A stretch of 64,000 bases of DNA from Candidatus Magasanikbacteria bacterium RIFCSPHIGHO2_01_FULL_33_34 (GCA_001782825.1 MFPS01000006.1:84553-148552), one strand, 5' to 3'; counted from the first letter of the stretch, positions 43,141 to 53,352 are shown. Numbers and translations are program-made. The notes: generated from the sequence alone by a model not told the origin.

Positions 43141-44430
43141 ATGCCACATATACTCAAAAAATTGGATAATTCAGAAATTGAACTTACAATTACCGTCACT
43201 CCCGAAAATTATGAAAAACATCTCCAAAAAGGTGCTCAAAAGCTATCAGAACGTACCACTATAAAAGGTTTTCGCAAAGGTAAAATACCTTTGGCCATAC
43301 TCAAAAAAGAAGTTGGCGAAATGTCCATTCTTCAAGAAGCGCTTGAAGATATTATCAAAGAAACTTTCTATAACGCAGTAATTGAAGAAAAACTAGAAAC
43401 CATTGGTATGCCAAAAATCGATGTAGAAAAACTTGCCCCTGGTAATGATATTGTATACAAAGCATTAGTTGGTCTTATGCCAAAAGTAAAAATTGGCGAC
43501 TTATCAAAAATAAAAATTACAAAAGAAGTTAAAAAAATTGACGATACTCAAATCGCTGAAACACTTGATGCCATTCGTGGGATAAATGCCACAGAAGTGC
43601 TCAAAAATGGACCAGCTATAGGCACTAACAAACTTGTAATAGATATGGATATGACTCTAGACAATGTGCCAATAGAGGGTGGCCAAGCCAAAGATTATCA
43701 AGTTTATCTCAGTGAAGATCACTACGTACCTGGTTTCAACAAAGAAGTTACTGGCCTCAAAAAAGATGATGAAAAAGAATTCACTCTCAACTTTCCGGCT
43801 GAACATTATCAAAAAATGCTAGCTGGCAAAACCGTCAAATTTAAAATTAAAGTAAAAGATGTATTTGAAAGACAACTTCCAGAACTAAATGATGAAATGG
43901 CCAAAAAACTAGGTCAAGAATCAGTTGAAAAATTAAAGGAGGCTCTGAAAAAAAATCTAGAAGATGAAGCAAAGCACAAAGCAGATCAAAAAACAGAAAT
44001 AGAAATGTTAGAAAAAATTGTAGAAGCTTCAGATTTTGACCCAATTCCAACAGTAATAATTGACAGTGAAAGACAAAAAATGTTTTACGAATTAAAATCA
44101 AATCTAGAAAAACATGGAGTTGAAATTAGCCAATACTTATCTGACATAAAGAAAACTGAAAAAGAATTATACGAAGAATTCAAAACTCAAGCAGAAAAAC
44201 GTGCCAAAGCATCTCTAGTATCCAGGCAAATAGCTATTGAACAAAACTTGAAAGTAAATGAAGATGAACTAAATACTGAAATTGAAAATATGAAAGAAGT
44301 TTATAAAAATGAAGCTGAAACTCTAGAGAGATTAAAAGATGCTGGTGTTCGCGATAGTATTGCCACTGCCATTCAAAATAGAAAAGTTATTTCATGGCTC
44401 AAAGAAAAATTATTAGAAGAAAAAAAATAA
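43141..44430 (+). CDS. tig: Trigger factor
   Basis: KGFRKGKIP, FKBP-like YVPGF, FPAEH. Confidence 0.95.
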   Translation: MPHILKKLDNSEIELTITVTPENYEKHLQKGAQKLSERTTIKGFRKGKIPLAILKKEVGEMSILQEALEDIIKETFYNAVIEEKLETIGMPKIDVEKLAPGNDIVYKALVGLMPKVKIGDLSKIKITKEVKKIDDTQIAETLDAIRGINATEVLKNGPAIGTNKLVIDMDMTLDNVPIEGGQAKDYQVYLSEDHYVPGFNKEVTGLKKDDEKEFTLNFPAEHYQKMLAGKTVKFKIKVKDVFERQLPELNDEMAKKLGQESVEKLKEALKKNLEDEAKHKADQKTEIEMLEKIVEASDFDPIPTVIIDSERQKMFYELKSNLEKHGVEISQYLSDIKKTEKELYEEFKTQAEKRAKASLVSRQIAIEQNLKVNEDELNTEIENMKEVYKNEAETLERLKDAGVRDSIATAIQNRKVISWLKEKLLEEKK

Positions 44431-44575
44431 AATACTTAAAAAATTCCCAATTAATTGGGAATTTTTTATCCACTATTATCAATTGACTTACTATCAAAAT
44501 CATAATATAGTAATAAACTCTTTAAAAATTGACTATTTTAGTCATACAAAAGAGAATTCAACTGGAGGGAATCAA

Positions 44576-45292
44576 ATGTTGACCACAAATCAAATTGCCG
44601 GCATTTTAGAAAATCCTAATATTTCCCCAAGAGATAAAGAAATCTTACTTCTAATAGGTACCCTACTACACCATGTTGTAAAATTACACACTCACCTAAT
44701 GGAAGAATTCCGGGAACTATTTGAGCTACTATACAAACAAGAAATTCTAAATGATTTTCATGAAATGTGTACTGCCTACAAAAATGGCAAAGATAGAGAG
44801 CTTACCTCTCTTCTTAATATAGTACACAATCAAATTGTAACTTCACAACCAAAGAATAAGAAAAGAATTGAAGAGTTATTTAACCTTTTGAAAGAGCCTT
44901 GTACTTTGTGCTATCTTCACATTGTATTCATCAAATATGATACAGATAACCACAGTATCGATAAAATTGAAAAGGTTCAAACTCTTGTCGAAAACTTGAA
45001 AAATCATATTATAGGTCTACAACCAGAAAAAAAACAAGAAATAACCGCTCTATTTGAACTGCTAAATACCCCAGAAATTTTTATACAGATACACTGTATC
45101 TGTGTTGCTTACAAAGCAGAAAAAGATAAAGAATTGTTAGATCTTATTAAAAAATTACTTTACCATGTAGTAGCTCTACATACTGGCAGAGAAGAAGAAT
45201 TTAGAAACTTATTTGATCTTCTAAATAAACGTCTAATTCTCGACCAATTACACTATTTGTGCAAACATTACAAAGGAGGAAAAGTTGGATGA
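44576..45292 (+). CDS. Hypothetical protein with four ~53-aa His/Cys helical repeats
   Basis: Repeated L..H.V......E...LF.LL.....L...H..C..YK; SD GGAGG; promoter TTGACT-17-TATAGT at 44483-44511. Confidence 0.7.
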   Translation: MLTTNQIAGILENPNISPRDKEILLLIGTLLHHVVKLHTHLMEEFRELFELLYKQEILNDFHEMCTAYKNGKDRELTSLLNIVHNQIVTSQPKNKKRIEELFNLLKEPCTLCYLHIVFIKYDTDNHSIDKIEKVQTLVENLKNHIIGLQPEKKQEITALFELLNTPEIFIQIHCICVAYKAEKDKELLDLIKKLLYHVVALHTGREEEFRNLFDLLNKRLILDQLHYLCKHYKGGKVG

Positions 45293-45380
45293 AGTTTGAG
45301 TTGTGGCCGTTCATGTTTGTGGACGGCCTTTAAAATTGAATAAAAAAAATATTCTTGATAATATACAATCTATATAAATT

Positions 45381-45611
45381 ATGACAAAAAAAATATCCAT
45401 AAAAATAATACCACGCTCCTCCCAAAATAAAATTGTCGGTGAACTGGAAAATGGTATCTTAAAAATAAAACTAACAGCCGCACCAGTCAATGGAGAAGCC
45501 AATAAAGAACTAATCAAATTTCTTAGCAAAGAATGGAATATACCTAAATCAAAAATAAAAATCGCCCAAGGCGAAACAAGTAGAAACAAAATTATCGAAA
45601 TTATAGATTAA
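45381..45611 (+). CDS. DUF167/YggU family protein
   Basis: PRSSQNKI, AAPVNGEANKELI, GETSRNK. Confidence 0.9.
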   Translation: MTKKISIKIIPRSSQNKIVGELENGILKIKLTAAPVNGEANKELIKFLSKEWNIPKSKIKIAQGETSRNKIIEIID

Positions 45612-45889
45612 GGTTTATCCTCTCCACCCTTACTCCAAGGATTACACCGAACAATTCTCCAAATAGATTTGGTTACACCTTTAAAAAAGCCATATTTTTT
45701 TATACTCTGCTTTCCATATTCACTACAAGACGGATAAAATCTACAAAATCCTCTTGGATAAATATACTTCCCCCAAAAACTATGGTCCGGTGAAAAAAGC
45801 TTTTGATACAGACCAATAAAAATTACAAAAGGAATTCTAGTATAATAAATAAATTGCTTTAATTTCCTATACAACTCCATATCAAACAA
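45608..45889 (-). CDS. yidD: Membrane protein insertion efficiency factor YidD
   Basis: CRFYPSCSEY, RCNPWSKGGEDKP. Confidence 0.93.
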   Translation of the reverse strand: MFDMELYRKLKQFIYYTRIPFVIFIGLYQKLFSPDHSFWGKYIYPRGFCRFYPSCSEYGKQSIKKYGFFKGVTKSIWRIVRCNPWSKGGEDKP

Positions 45890-46259
45890 GTAATTTGGCT
45901 TTTTTCAAAATATTCATAATTCCTTTTTCTATCTTTTCATATTCAACTCCAAGTGCAATTGGTTTGGCAATTATTGCGATCATAAAACCTTTTTTAAATT
46001 CTTTATTTTTGAGCGCAATTCTCACCACTTCACGCATTTGTCGTTTCAATCTATTTCTTTTAACGGCACTTTTACTGACTTTAAGTCCAACCACAAAACC
46101 AATTTTTAAATCTTCTACATTATAATTTCTTTTTGGATATTTTTCTATATTAGTTTTCCAAACCTTGGCTGAAAATAATTCATCATTAATAAAATAACCT
46201 TCTTTAAAAAGAATTTCAAAATCTTTCATTTTTGTTAATCTATATTCTTTTGGCAACAT
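45882..46259 (-). CDS. rnpA: Ribonuclease P protein component
   Basis: KVSKSAVKRNRLKRQMRE (RNR motif). Confidence 0.95.
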   Translation of the reverse strand: MLPKEYRLTKMKDFEILFKEGYFINDELFSAKVWKTNIEKYPKRNYNVEDLKIGFVVGLKVSKSAVKRNRLKRQMREVVRIALKNKEFKKGFMIAIIAKPIALGVEYEKIEKGIMNILKKAKLLV

Positions 46260-46261
46260 AG

Positions 46262-46345
46262 TTTAGCAGATTAAGCAGAGTAAGCAGATTAGGTTTAATA
46301 AGTTAACTACTTATTACTTGCTTTGCCCAATCTGCTTGCGTTGCT
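46262..46345. repeat. Degenerate 9-mer tandem/inverted array between rpmH and rnpA
   Basis: tttagcaga ttaagcaga gtaagcaga ... aatctgcttgc. Confidence 0.6.
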
Positions 46346-46387
46346 GTTCTATTATACCAAAAAAGTTCCATTTTGCGGAACTTTTGG

Positions 46388-46564
46388 TTATCTTGTCTTC
46401 TTTGATCTTTTGCCAGTCTTTTCATCGCTGACAGTTAATTTTGCTCTGCCTTTTGCGCGACGTCTTTTCAAAAGATTTCTTCCATCTTTAGTTTCCATTT
46501 TGGAACGGAAACCATGAGACTTTGCTCGTTTGCGCTTATTAGGCTGATAGGTTCTTTTTGGCAT
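46388..46564 (-). CDS. rpmH: 50S ribosomal protein L34 (missing from the ORF track)
   Basis: [58 protein letters not shown], 58 aa. Confidence 0.97.
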   Translation of the reverse strand: MPKRTYQPNKRKRAKSHGFRSKMETKDGRNLLKRRRAKGRAKLTVSDEKTGKRSKKTR

Positions 46565-46738
46565 AATATATATTCAAAATTTGTGTTCGAAGTATACAAC
46601 AAGTAATTATTTTTGTCAACAACTCATACAATTATATTCAAACCCAAGCTCATTATTTAAAATATTTAAAACATATATTTAAATATATTTTTGTCAAAAA
46701 TCCAAAAAATACCTTATTTTAGAGAAAAATATCATTGG

Positions 46739-46767
46739 TTATCCACATTATCCCCAACTTATCCCCA
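46739..46767 (+). promoter_or_regulatory. Three tandem DnaA boxes upstream of dnaA
   Basis: TTATCCACA, TTATCCCCA, TTATCCCCA. Confidence 0.85.
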
Positions 46768-46898
46768 TATTACTAACTTTTTGGCTATTTTAAGCCATTT
46801 TTTGTTTTAGTGAACTGTGCTAAAATGAATTTATTCGTTCTATTTGAAGGAAATTTTCCCTTTTTTAGGCTATTTTACATAAATTTTAAGTAAATATT

Positions 46899-48281
46899 AT
46901 GACAAACAATGAAGTTTGGCAAGCTGTACTGGCTGAATTTGAACTAAAAGTCTCAAAAGCTAATTTTACCACTTGGTTTCATAATACTGGGGTTGCAAAT
47001 TTTGATGATGGTCATGCAGTGATCTGTGTTCCTAATGCCTTTACCAAAAGTTGGATGGAAAAAAAATACAATTCTGACATTATCAAATCACTTGAACGTG
47101 TTACAGGCAAACCAGTCAAAAAAATAGAATATCGGGTAGAAAATGTTAAAAGTATTGAAGAATATGAATGTACTTCCAAAACCAATCCAACCATTTCTAC
47201 CATAAAAACACCAATATACTCACCAAAACCAGCCCAAATGATTAGTCAGTTTGGCCTAAACCCAAAACATACTTTTGAGTCTTTTGTAGTAGGCAAAGGA
47301 AATGAGCTAGCCCACGCCGCCGCCCAAGCTGTAGCAGAAAAACCAGGAGAAGCCTACAACCCGCTCTTTATATACGGTGGAGTTGGACTAGGTAAAACTC
47401 ACCTTTTACAGGCTGTAGGCAATACTATGCTCAAAAATAACCCTACTTTAAAGATTTTGTATGTTAGTTCTGAAAAATTCACAAATGAATTTGTTTCGGC
47501 TGTAAAAGAAGGTCGAGCAAAGGAATTTAAAGAAAGATATAGAGGGGTTGATCTACTTTTAATTGACGACATACAATTTATTGGTGGAAAAGAGCAAACC
47601 CAAGAAGAATTTTTCCACACTTTCAACGAATTGCACCAACAGGGCAAACAGGTTGTCCTTACCAGTGATAGACCACCAAAAGCTATTCCTTCTCTAGAAG
47701 ACAGACTACGTAGTCGTTTTGAATGGGGAATGATTGTAGACATTTCTCCACCTGACTTTGAAACTAGAGTGGCGATTTTACAAACCAAGTGCCAAGAAAA
47801 GAATTTTGTTCTAGACACCCCCTTGATCCAAATTATTGCCGAAGCAATTCAAAGCAATATTCGTGAATTAGAGGGAGCGCTAAACAAAATGATTGCTTAT
47901 CACCAACTTAAAAATCTATCTCCTGATAAAGACTCAGTTAAATCAGTTTTAGCAACCTTTGATACCAAGAGCATAAAAAAGACAAAAACCCCAAGAGAGA
48001 TTATTTCAGAAATTTCTGAATTTTATGGTGTTATGATTGATGATATTATGGGAAAAAGCCGAGAAAAGCGCTTATCTTTTCCAAGACAAATAATAATGTA
48101 TATTCTTAGACATGAACTTAAAATGTCCTACCCAGCAATCGGAGCCGAACTTGGTGGTAGAGACCACACTACCGCTATGCACGCTCACACAAAAATAAGC
48201 ACTGAACTTGAAAAAGATTTAAAGCTAAAACAAGAATATGAATCTATTAAACATAAGCTTTATGAAGAAAGAAGTGTATAA
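46899..48281 (+). CDS. dnaA: Chromosomal replication initiator DnaA
   Basis: YNPLFIYGGVGLGKTHL, LLIDDIQF, RLRSRFEWG, GGRDHTT. Confidence 0.98.
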   Translation: MTNNEVWQAVLAEFELKVSKANFTTWFHNTGVANFDDGHAVICVPNAFTKSWMEKKYNSDIIKSLERVTGKPVKKIEYRVENVKSIEEYECTSKTNPTISTIKTPIYSPKPAQMISQFGLNPKHTFESFVVGKGNELAHAAAQAVAEKPGEAYNPLFIYGGVGLGKTHLLQAVGNTMLKNNPTLKILYVSSEKFTNEFVSAVKEGRAKEFKERYRGVDLLLIDDIQFIGGKEQTQEEFFHTFNELHQQGKQVVLTSDRPPKAIPSLEDRLRSRFEWGMIVDISPPDFETRVAILQTKCQEKNFVLDTPLIQIIAEAIQSNIRELEGALNKMIAYHQLKNLSPDKDSVKSVLATFDTKSIKKTKTPREIISEISEFYGVMIDDIMGKSREKRLSFPRQIIMYILRHELKMSYPAIGAELGGRDHTTAMHAHTKISTELEKDLKLKQEYESIKHKLYEERSV

Positions 48282-48566
48282 TTATTTATATATCTTGTTA
48301 ATAACTTATGTATAAATAGTTAACAACTATAAAAAATAATGTTAATAACTACAATATTATCCACAGCAAAATTATCATATTAAAAATATTAACAGTTAGA
48401 CAACATTTCATACACCACACAAAAGTGTATAAAAAAAATTATTTTTTAACTAAACAAAGCCCTAAATAATTCTTATCAACACCGTCCACAGCTCTACTAT
48501 AACAATAGATTAAATATATAAAATAAACCTTTTAATTTAAATTATGGATGTGTATATATTGATTAT
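48282..48566. other. oriC unwinding region between dnaA and dnaN
   Basis: TTATCCACA 48357, TTATCAACA 48473, CCGTCCACA 48482, then GCTC-TAC-TAT-AAC-AAT and an AT-rich tract; strand skew switches here. Confidence 0.82.
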
Positions 48567-49688
48567 ATGAAATTTACTTGTACAAAAGAAAATATAAATA
48601 AAGTATTAAATCTTACTTGTCCATTAGCTAGTAGGCAAGGTCATTTACCAATACTTATGAATATAATGATAAATGCGGTTGATACTGGAGTAGAAATAAT
48701 AGCAACAAATTTAGAAATTGCTGTTAAAACAAATTTACGAGCAAAGGTAGATGAGAAAGGAACCTTTACGGTACCGGCCAAAACATTGCTTGATTATATT
48801 AATCTTTTGCCCGATTCACAAATAGATTTTTTGTTGGAAAACAATGAATTGGTTGTAAAATGTGTTGGGTCTAGCACAAAAATAAAAGGATCTCCATCAG
48901 AAGAATTTCCGGTTGTACCAGAAATTGATGAAAAAAATGTATATACCATATCAGTAAATAAATTTAAAGATGGACTATCAAAAACAATAATTGCTGTGGC
49001 AAAGAATGAAATTAGACCAGAGTTATCTGGAATATATATGAACTTTTTTGGTTCACGATATAAAGGCCTTGTATTGGCCTCCACAGACTCATACAGGCTG
49101 GCAGAGGCAAAAGTTGATATAGAGCAAGGTGAAACTGAGATACAAGCAATTGTGCCAGCAAGAACAGTTTATGAAATTATTAGATTATTAGGCTTGTCAA
49201 AAGAAATGGAATCAGAAACAAATGTAAGAGTTTGGGTTAGTGAAAATCAAATTGCTATTCGATACAATGGTTTTGAAATGACATCTAGGCTTGTTGAAGG
49301 TAATTATCCTGATTATACTCAAATTATTCCAGAAAATTTTAAAACAATAGCTATATTTCCAACAGATGTAATGATCAAAAAAATCAAAGCAGCTAGTTTG
49401 TTTACATCTGTGGGGGTAAATGCAGTTTCATTTGATTTAAGTGTAGAAAGTAAGACTATGGCAGTATCATCAACTAATGCGCAAACAGGTGAGCATAATT
49501 CAGAAGTTGATGCGGATATAACTGGGGAAGAAAATTCAATATTGTTAAATCATCGGTATGTGCTAGACGGTCTGCAACAAATTGGTGAAAATGTTGAATT
49601 TGGGGTAAACAGTTCTGATTCACCATGTGTTTTCAAAGAAAAAGGAAAGAGTGATTATTTGTATATTGTCATGCCAATAAGACAATAA
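48567..49688 (+). CDS. dnaN: DNA polymerase III beta clamp
   Basis: ATNLE, STDSYRL, YPDY, IVMPIR; follows dnaA. Confidence 0.97.
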   Translation: MKFTCTKENINKVLNLTCPLASRQGHLPILMNIMINAVDTGVEIIATNLEIAVKTNLRAKVDEKGTFTVPAKTLLDYINLLPDSQIDFLLENNELVVKCVGSSTKIKGSPSEEFPVVPEIDEKNVYTISVNKFKDGLSKTIIAVAKNEIRPELSGIYMNFFGSRYKGLVLASTDSYRLAEAKVDIEQGETEIQAIVPARTVYEIIRLLGLSKEMESETNVRVWVSENQIAIRYNGFEMTSRLVEGNYPDYTQIIPENFKTIAIFPTDVMIKKIKAASLFTSVGVNAVSFDLSVESKTMAVSSTNAQTGEHNSEVDADITGEENSILLNHRYVLDGLQQIGENVEFGVNSSDSPCVFKEKGKSDYLYIVMPIRQ

Positions 49689-49794
49689 AGTTAAATTTTA
49701 AAATAATACGAATATTTTTGTATTATTTTTTTATTTTAAAACCGCGTAGGAAATTTTTATCCAAACGCGGTAAAATGGTTTTGCATCGCGATTC

Positions 49795-50016
49795 TTAATG
49801 ACGAGGTTTTTTTTGTAACAATTTTTGTAAGAGTATATATTGTCTAAGATAGTTTTCTGTTACTTGGATTTCTGGATTTTTACCAAATTTAATATAAAAT
49901 TCTCCATTTTTGTCTATAATTTTAAACTTACGAACAGTGTTAAGAGCGGTTTGACCGTCTATCATAGAATCATCGATGACTAATACAGGATGATTTAAAT
50001 TGTACGCAATGCGCAT
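49795..50016 (-). CDS. Small hypothetical protein (stand-alone cassette)
   Basis: SD GGAGG; TTGACA-17-TACGAT promoter; hairpin ACCGCG...CGCGGT at 49741-49771. Confidence 0.55.
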   Translation of the reverse strand: MRIAYNLNHPVLVIDDSMIDGQTALNTVRKFKIIDKNGEFYIKFGKNPEIQVTENYLRQYILLQKLLQKKPRH

Positions 50017-50089
50017 TTAATCCTCCATGTTAAAGATTTTACTATAAAAATCGTAACATGGTAAGGATATTGTGTCAAAGTTTTTTTAT

Positions 50090-53000
50090 TTAATTAATGG
50101 TAACAGTTGTTTTTCCACCCTCAATTCGTGTATTGTTTTTTAGAATAATTTCAGTTGTTAATAAATAAACTCCGGTATCAGGTTTGTTATTCCAATTAAA
50201 AACTAATTGATTATTAAAAATATTGGAAAAATCTGTAATTGATTGCATGACTTTTCTGTTTTCATTATTTTTTTCAACATAAATTAAAATTTCTTTAATT
50301 TCTTCTAATTTAAATGGGTTTAAGAAAAGCACCCGAGGAAAATCATTTTGACTTAATGTTTGATTTTGTTGTGGCCAAGAAACATTAGGTGGTTCAACAC
50401 CCGCCTTTAAGGTAAACGGAATACTTTGTTGCAGTTGGTTACCAACATCATCTTCAACTATTATGTGCAGAGTATGATCACCATTTTCTAATGTCCGTGC
50501 ATAATAGTTTAAATTGAAAGGATGTTGACTGATTGTACCAACAAATTTTTCATCTATTTTGTATTGTACTTTAGTGACCCCACGTGGTGCAGATACACGG
50601 ATATCAGTATCAATTTGTCTTGAGAATAAAGTAGTGCTTGGGGTTGGAAAAACAACATTTAAGCTTGGTATTAATTCTAAGGAATGAATATCGTCATATT
50701 CACTTGGTGGCTCATCAAAGACGACTTCCCAATTAGGGTTTTCTTCTTTGTTTCTGGTTATCCAGTCTTGTATAGCGTTTTCCCATACTGTATATTGCTG
50801 ATCTATTGTTGGGTCAATCGGTATTGGACCTCTAGGATCATCTTTGTCAACATAGTGTAAAATGGAGTGTGGCGGAACATACGTGCGCTCAACTATATAT
50901 GATTGAGGGGTTGAACTAGATGCAAGTTTGTTGGTAACCTTGTCTACTAATAGTGTTATTCCAGAGCCATTTGATCCGCGTAAAACTGGTTTTTCAGCAT
51001 CGTTTGCTGGTGGATTTGGGAATTCTTCAGCCTTGGTTTCAGCAAGGGACTCTCGCATAAATCTATTCCAAATTGGCGCCGCTACTTTGCTTCCGCCGTA
51101 ACCTTTTTTCATAGGTGTATTATTGGTGTTACCAACCCAGACTCCAGTTACTAAACTTGGAGTATACCCGATTGTCCATGCATCAACATATGCATTGGTA
51201 GTTCCAGTTTTGACAGCAACAGGTCTGTCTGGGAGTGTGAGAATTCCACCAGCCCCAAATGCAAAAGCTCTGGATTCATCATCGCTTAATACATTAGAAA
51301 TAGTTGCAGCAATTTCTTCTTCAAGCACTTTTTCGCCTTTACTTTTTTTCCACTCATAAATAACTTCTCCATTATGGTCTTCCACTTTTAAAATACTTTC
51401 TGGTATTTGACGTATACCTTCATTTGCAAATATGCCATAAGCACTGACATGGTCAATCAATTTAACTTCACCACCACCTAAAACAAGAGATAATCCAAAG
51501 TCGCCTTCGCCAAGGGTTGTATAGCCAAGACGTTCAGCAAAATCCACGCCTTTTTGCGCGCCAACTAAATAAAGTGTTTTAACAGCAGGGATATTTAATG
51601 ATCCTTGTAAGGCTTTGCGCATAGTAACTAGGCCATGCTCTTCAAGATCATAGTTTTTTGGTGCATAATCATCTCCAGATATCGCAAAATTGGTTTCAAC
51701 ATCAAATAAAACTGTCCCCGGTGTGTAACCTTTTTCAAAAGCAGCGGTATAAATTATTGGCTTGAACGATGATCCTGGTTGGCGTTTTCCAAGAGTTGCG
51801 ACATTAAATTGACCATCAATTTCATCATCAAAGAAATCTCGTGAACCTACCATTGCTAAAATATGACCGGTTTTTGGATCAATTGCTACTAGTGAAGCAT
51901 TATTTGCGTTTGCTTCTTCAAAATATTTTTCACTTTCTTCTTTTATTACGGTTTCAGCAATTTGTTGTTTGTCCCAATCAAGAGATGTGATTACTTTGAG
52001 TCCACCAGTGTCAACTATTTGTTCTCCATAGGTTTCTACTAATTTTTCTTTAACATACAAAACAAAATGAGGCGCTTTGATAGAGCCAAAATCTTGAGCC
52101 AAGTTAATTTCCATTGCTTGGTTTTCATCCGCTTCTTCTCGGGTTATATAATTTTCTTCAAACATTCTTTCTAGTACAAAATTGCGACGCAATTTTAATG
52201 CATAGTGGTCGGTTAAATATTTGGAAGGAGCTTTTGGCATCCCTGCTAAAATAGCAATTTCGTTTAAGGTTAGTTCAGAAACAGTTTTGTTAAAATAACT
52301 TTGAGAAGCAGACTCAATTCCATAATTGGTTGAGCCATAAGGTATTTCATTAAAATAGATTTTTAGAATTTGATCTTTGGAATATTTTTGCTCTAATCTG
52401 ATTGAGAGAATAATTTCTTTGATTTTTCTAGTATAGGTTCTTTCATTGGTTAGAATGGCATTTTTTACAAGTTGTTGAGTGAGAGTGGATGCGCCAGCAC
52501 CTAATCTGCTTTTACCAATAACTCCATAAACAACTGATCGAAAAATACTAAGAGGACGGATTCCTTTATGTTCATAAAAAGCCGTATCTTCTGTAGCAAT
52601 CACCGCTTTTATAAGTAAATCAGGTATTTGATCCAAGTTGACCATAGTTCTTTTTTCATCGGCGAAAATTTCATAAAGTAGGTGCTCACCGGTATTATCA
52701 TATATTTTGGTACTTTCAGCTATTTGGCGGTCGGTTAGTCTGTCTGGATCAGGCAGATCTCGGCTTACCCAGGCTATCAAGATCGTCATACCAAGCATAC
52801 CAAATATAGAAAGAGAAACAAATAATATAATAATTTTACGCCTAAACTCTTTTTTTGTTTCTTCAGCCATATGTGGACGTTTTTTCCATAAACTAAAAAA
52901 ACCAACTAAAATCCACCAGATTAGTTTAAATGGTGATGAAATAAGCAAGATTAGAATATTTTGATTAGCAGACTTATTTTTTTTATCCTTGGAATCTTTC

Positions 53001-53092
53001 TTTTTTGGTTTTTCTCCATGAGAAATGGTTTTTCTTTCTGGTTCATCGCTTATATAGCCGTAAGTTCTTCTTTTGAGTGGCGGAATTGGCAT
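50090..53092 (-). CDS. Class A penicillin-binding protein (PBP1A family) with C-terminal Ig-like extension
   Basis: EDTAFYEH, GASTLTQQL, RKIKE, SSFK, SLN, KTGT. Confidence 0.95.
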   Translation of the reverse strand: MPIPPLKRRTYGYISDEPERKTISHGEKPKKKDSKDKKNKSANQNILILLISSPFKLIWWILVGFFSLWKKRPHMAEETKKEFRRKIIILFVSLSIFGMLGMTILIAWVSRDLPDPDRLTDRQIAESTKIYDNTGEHLLYEIFADEKRTMVNLDQIPDLLIKAVIATEDTAFYEHKGIRPLSIFRSVVYGVIGKSRLGAGASTLTQQLVKNAILTNERTYTRKIKEIILSIRLEQKYSKDQILKIYFNEIPYGSTNYGIESASQSYFNKTVSELTLNEIAILAGMPKAPSKYLTDHYALKLRRNFVLERMFEENYITREEADENQAMEINLAQDFGSIKAPHFVLYVKEKLVETYGEQIVDTGGLKVITSLDWDKQQIAETVIKEESEKYFEEANANNASLVAIDPKTGHILAMVGSRDFFDDEIDGQFNVATLGKRQPGSSFKPIIYTAAFEKGYTPGTVLFDVETNFAISGDDYAPKNYDLEEHGLVTMRKALQGSLNIPAVKTLYLVGAQKGVDFAERLGYTTLGEGDFGLSLVLGGGEVKLIDHVSAYGIFANEGIRQIPESILKVEDHNGEVIYEWKKSKGEKVLEEEIAATISNVLSDDESRAFAFGAGGILTLPDRPVAVKTGTTNAYVDAWTIGYTPSLVTGVWVGNTNNTPMKKGYGGSKVAAPIWNRFMRESLAETKAEEFPNPPANDAEKPVLRGSNGSGITLLVDKVTNKLASSSTPQSYIVERTYVPPHSILHYVDKDDPRGPIPIDPTIDQQYTVWENAIQDWITRNKEENPNWEVVFDEPPSEYDDIHSLELIPSLNVVFPTPSTTLFSRQIDTDIRVSAPRGVTKVQYKIDEKFVGTISQHPFNLNYYARTLENGDHTLHIIVEDDVGNQLQQSIPFTLKAGVEPPNVSWPQQNQTLSQNDFPRVLFLNPFKLEEIKEILIYVEKNNENRKVMQSITDFSNIFNNQLVFNWNNKPDTGVYLLTTEIILKNNTRIEGGKTTVTIN

Positions 53093-53234
53093 AAAATTTT
53101 ATCGTTTAAAGACCATTTTATAATTGATATTTTATCATAATTAAGGTTTTTTTTAAATGTTATTTAAATTAATTTTATTTTAAATATAAGTATAGATTTT
53201 GTTGACATGAATTAAATAACGTAGTATTTTTTAT

Positions 53235-53315
53235 GTGGCAAGTTATAATTGCATAAAGCGATTTACTACTTGCCATTGGTGGCGTCTCGGACTGGTTTCG
53301 AGACGCCACCCTTAT
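53235..53315 (+). ncRNA. Candidate two-hairpin small RNA
   Basis: Promoter TTGACA-17-TATTTT (53202-53230); GTGGCAAGT/ACTTGCCAT helix, then 12-bp GGTGGCGTCTCG/CGAGACGCCACC. Confidence 0.4.
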
Positions 53316-53323
53316 ATTTAAGA

Positions 53324-53352
53324 TTGACAAAGTAGTCATAATATGCTATAAT
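53324..53352 (+). promoter_or_regulatory. Consensus sigma70 promoter of the 3D-domain gene
   Basis: TTGACA-17-TATAAT with extended TG. Confidence 0.85.

Noticed and set aside
46323-46517. 64-aa + strand ORF
   Set aside because: Antisense to rpmH, which is the real gene at this position.
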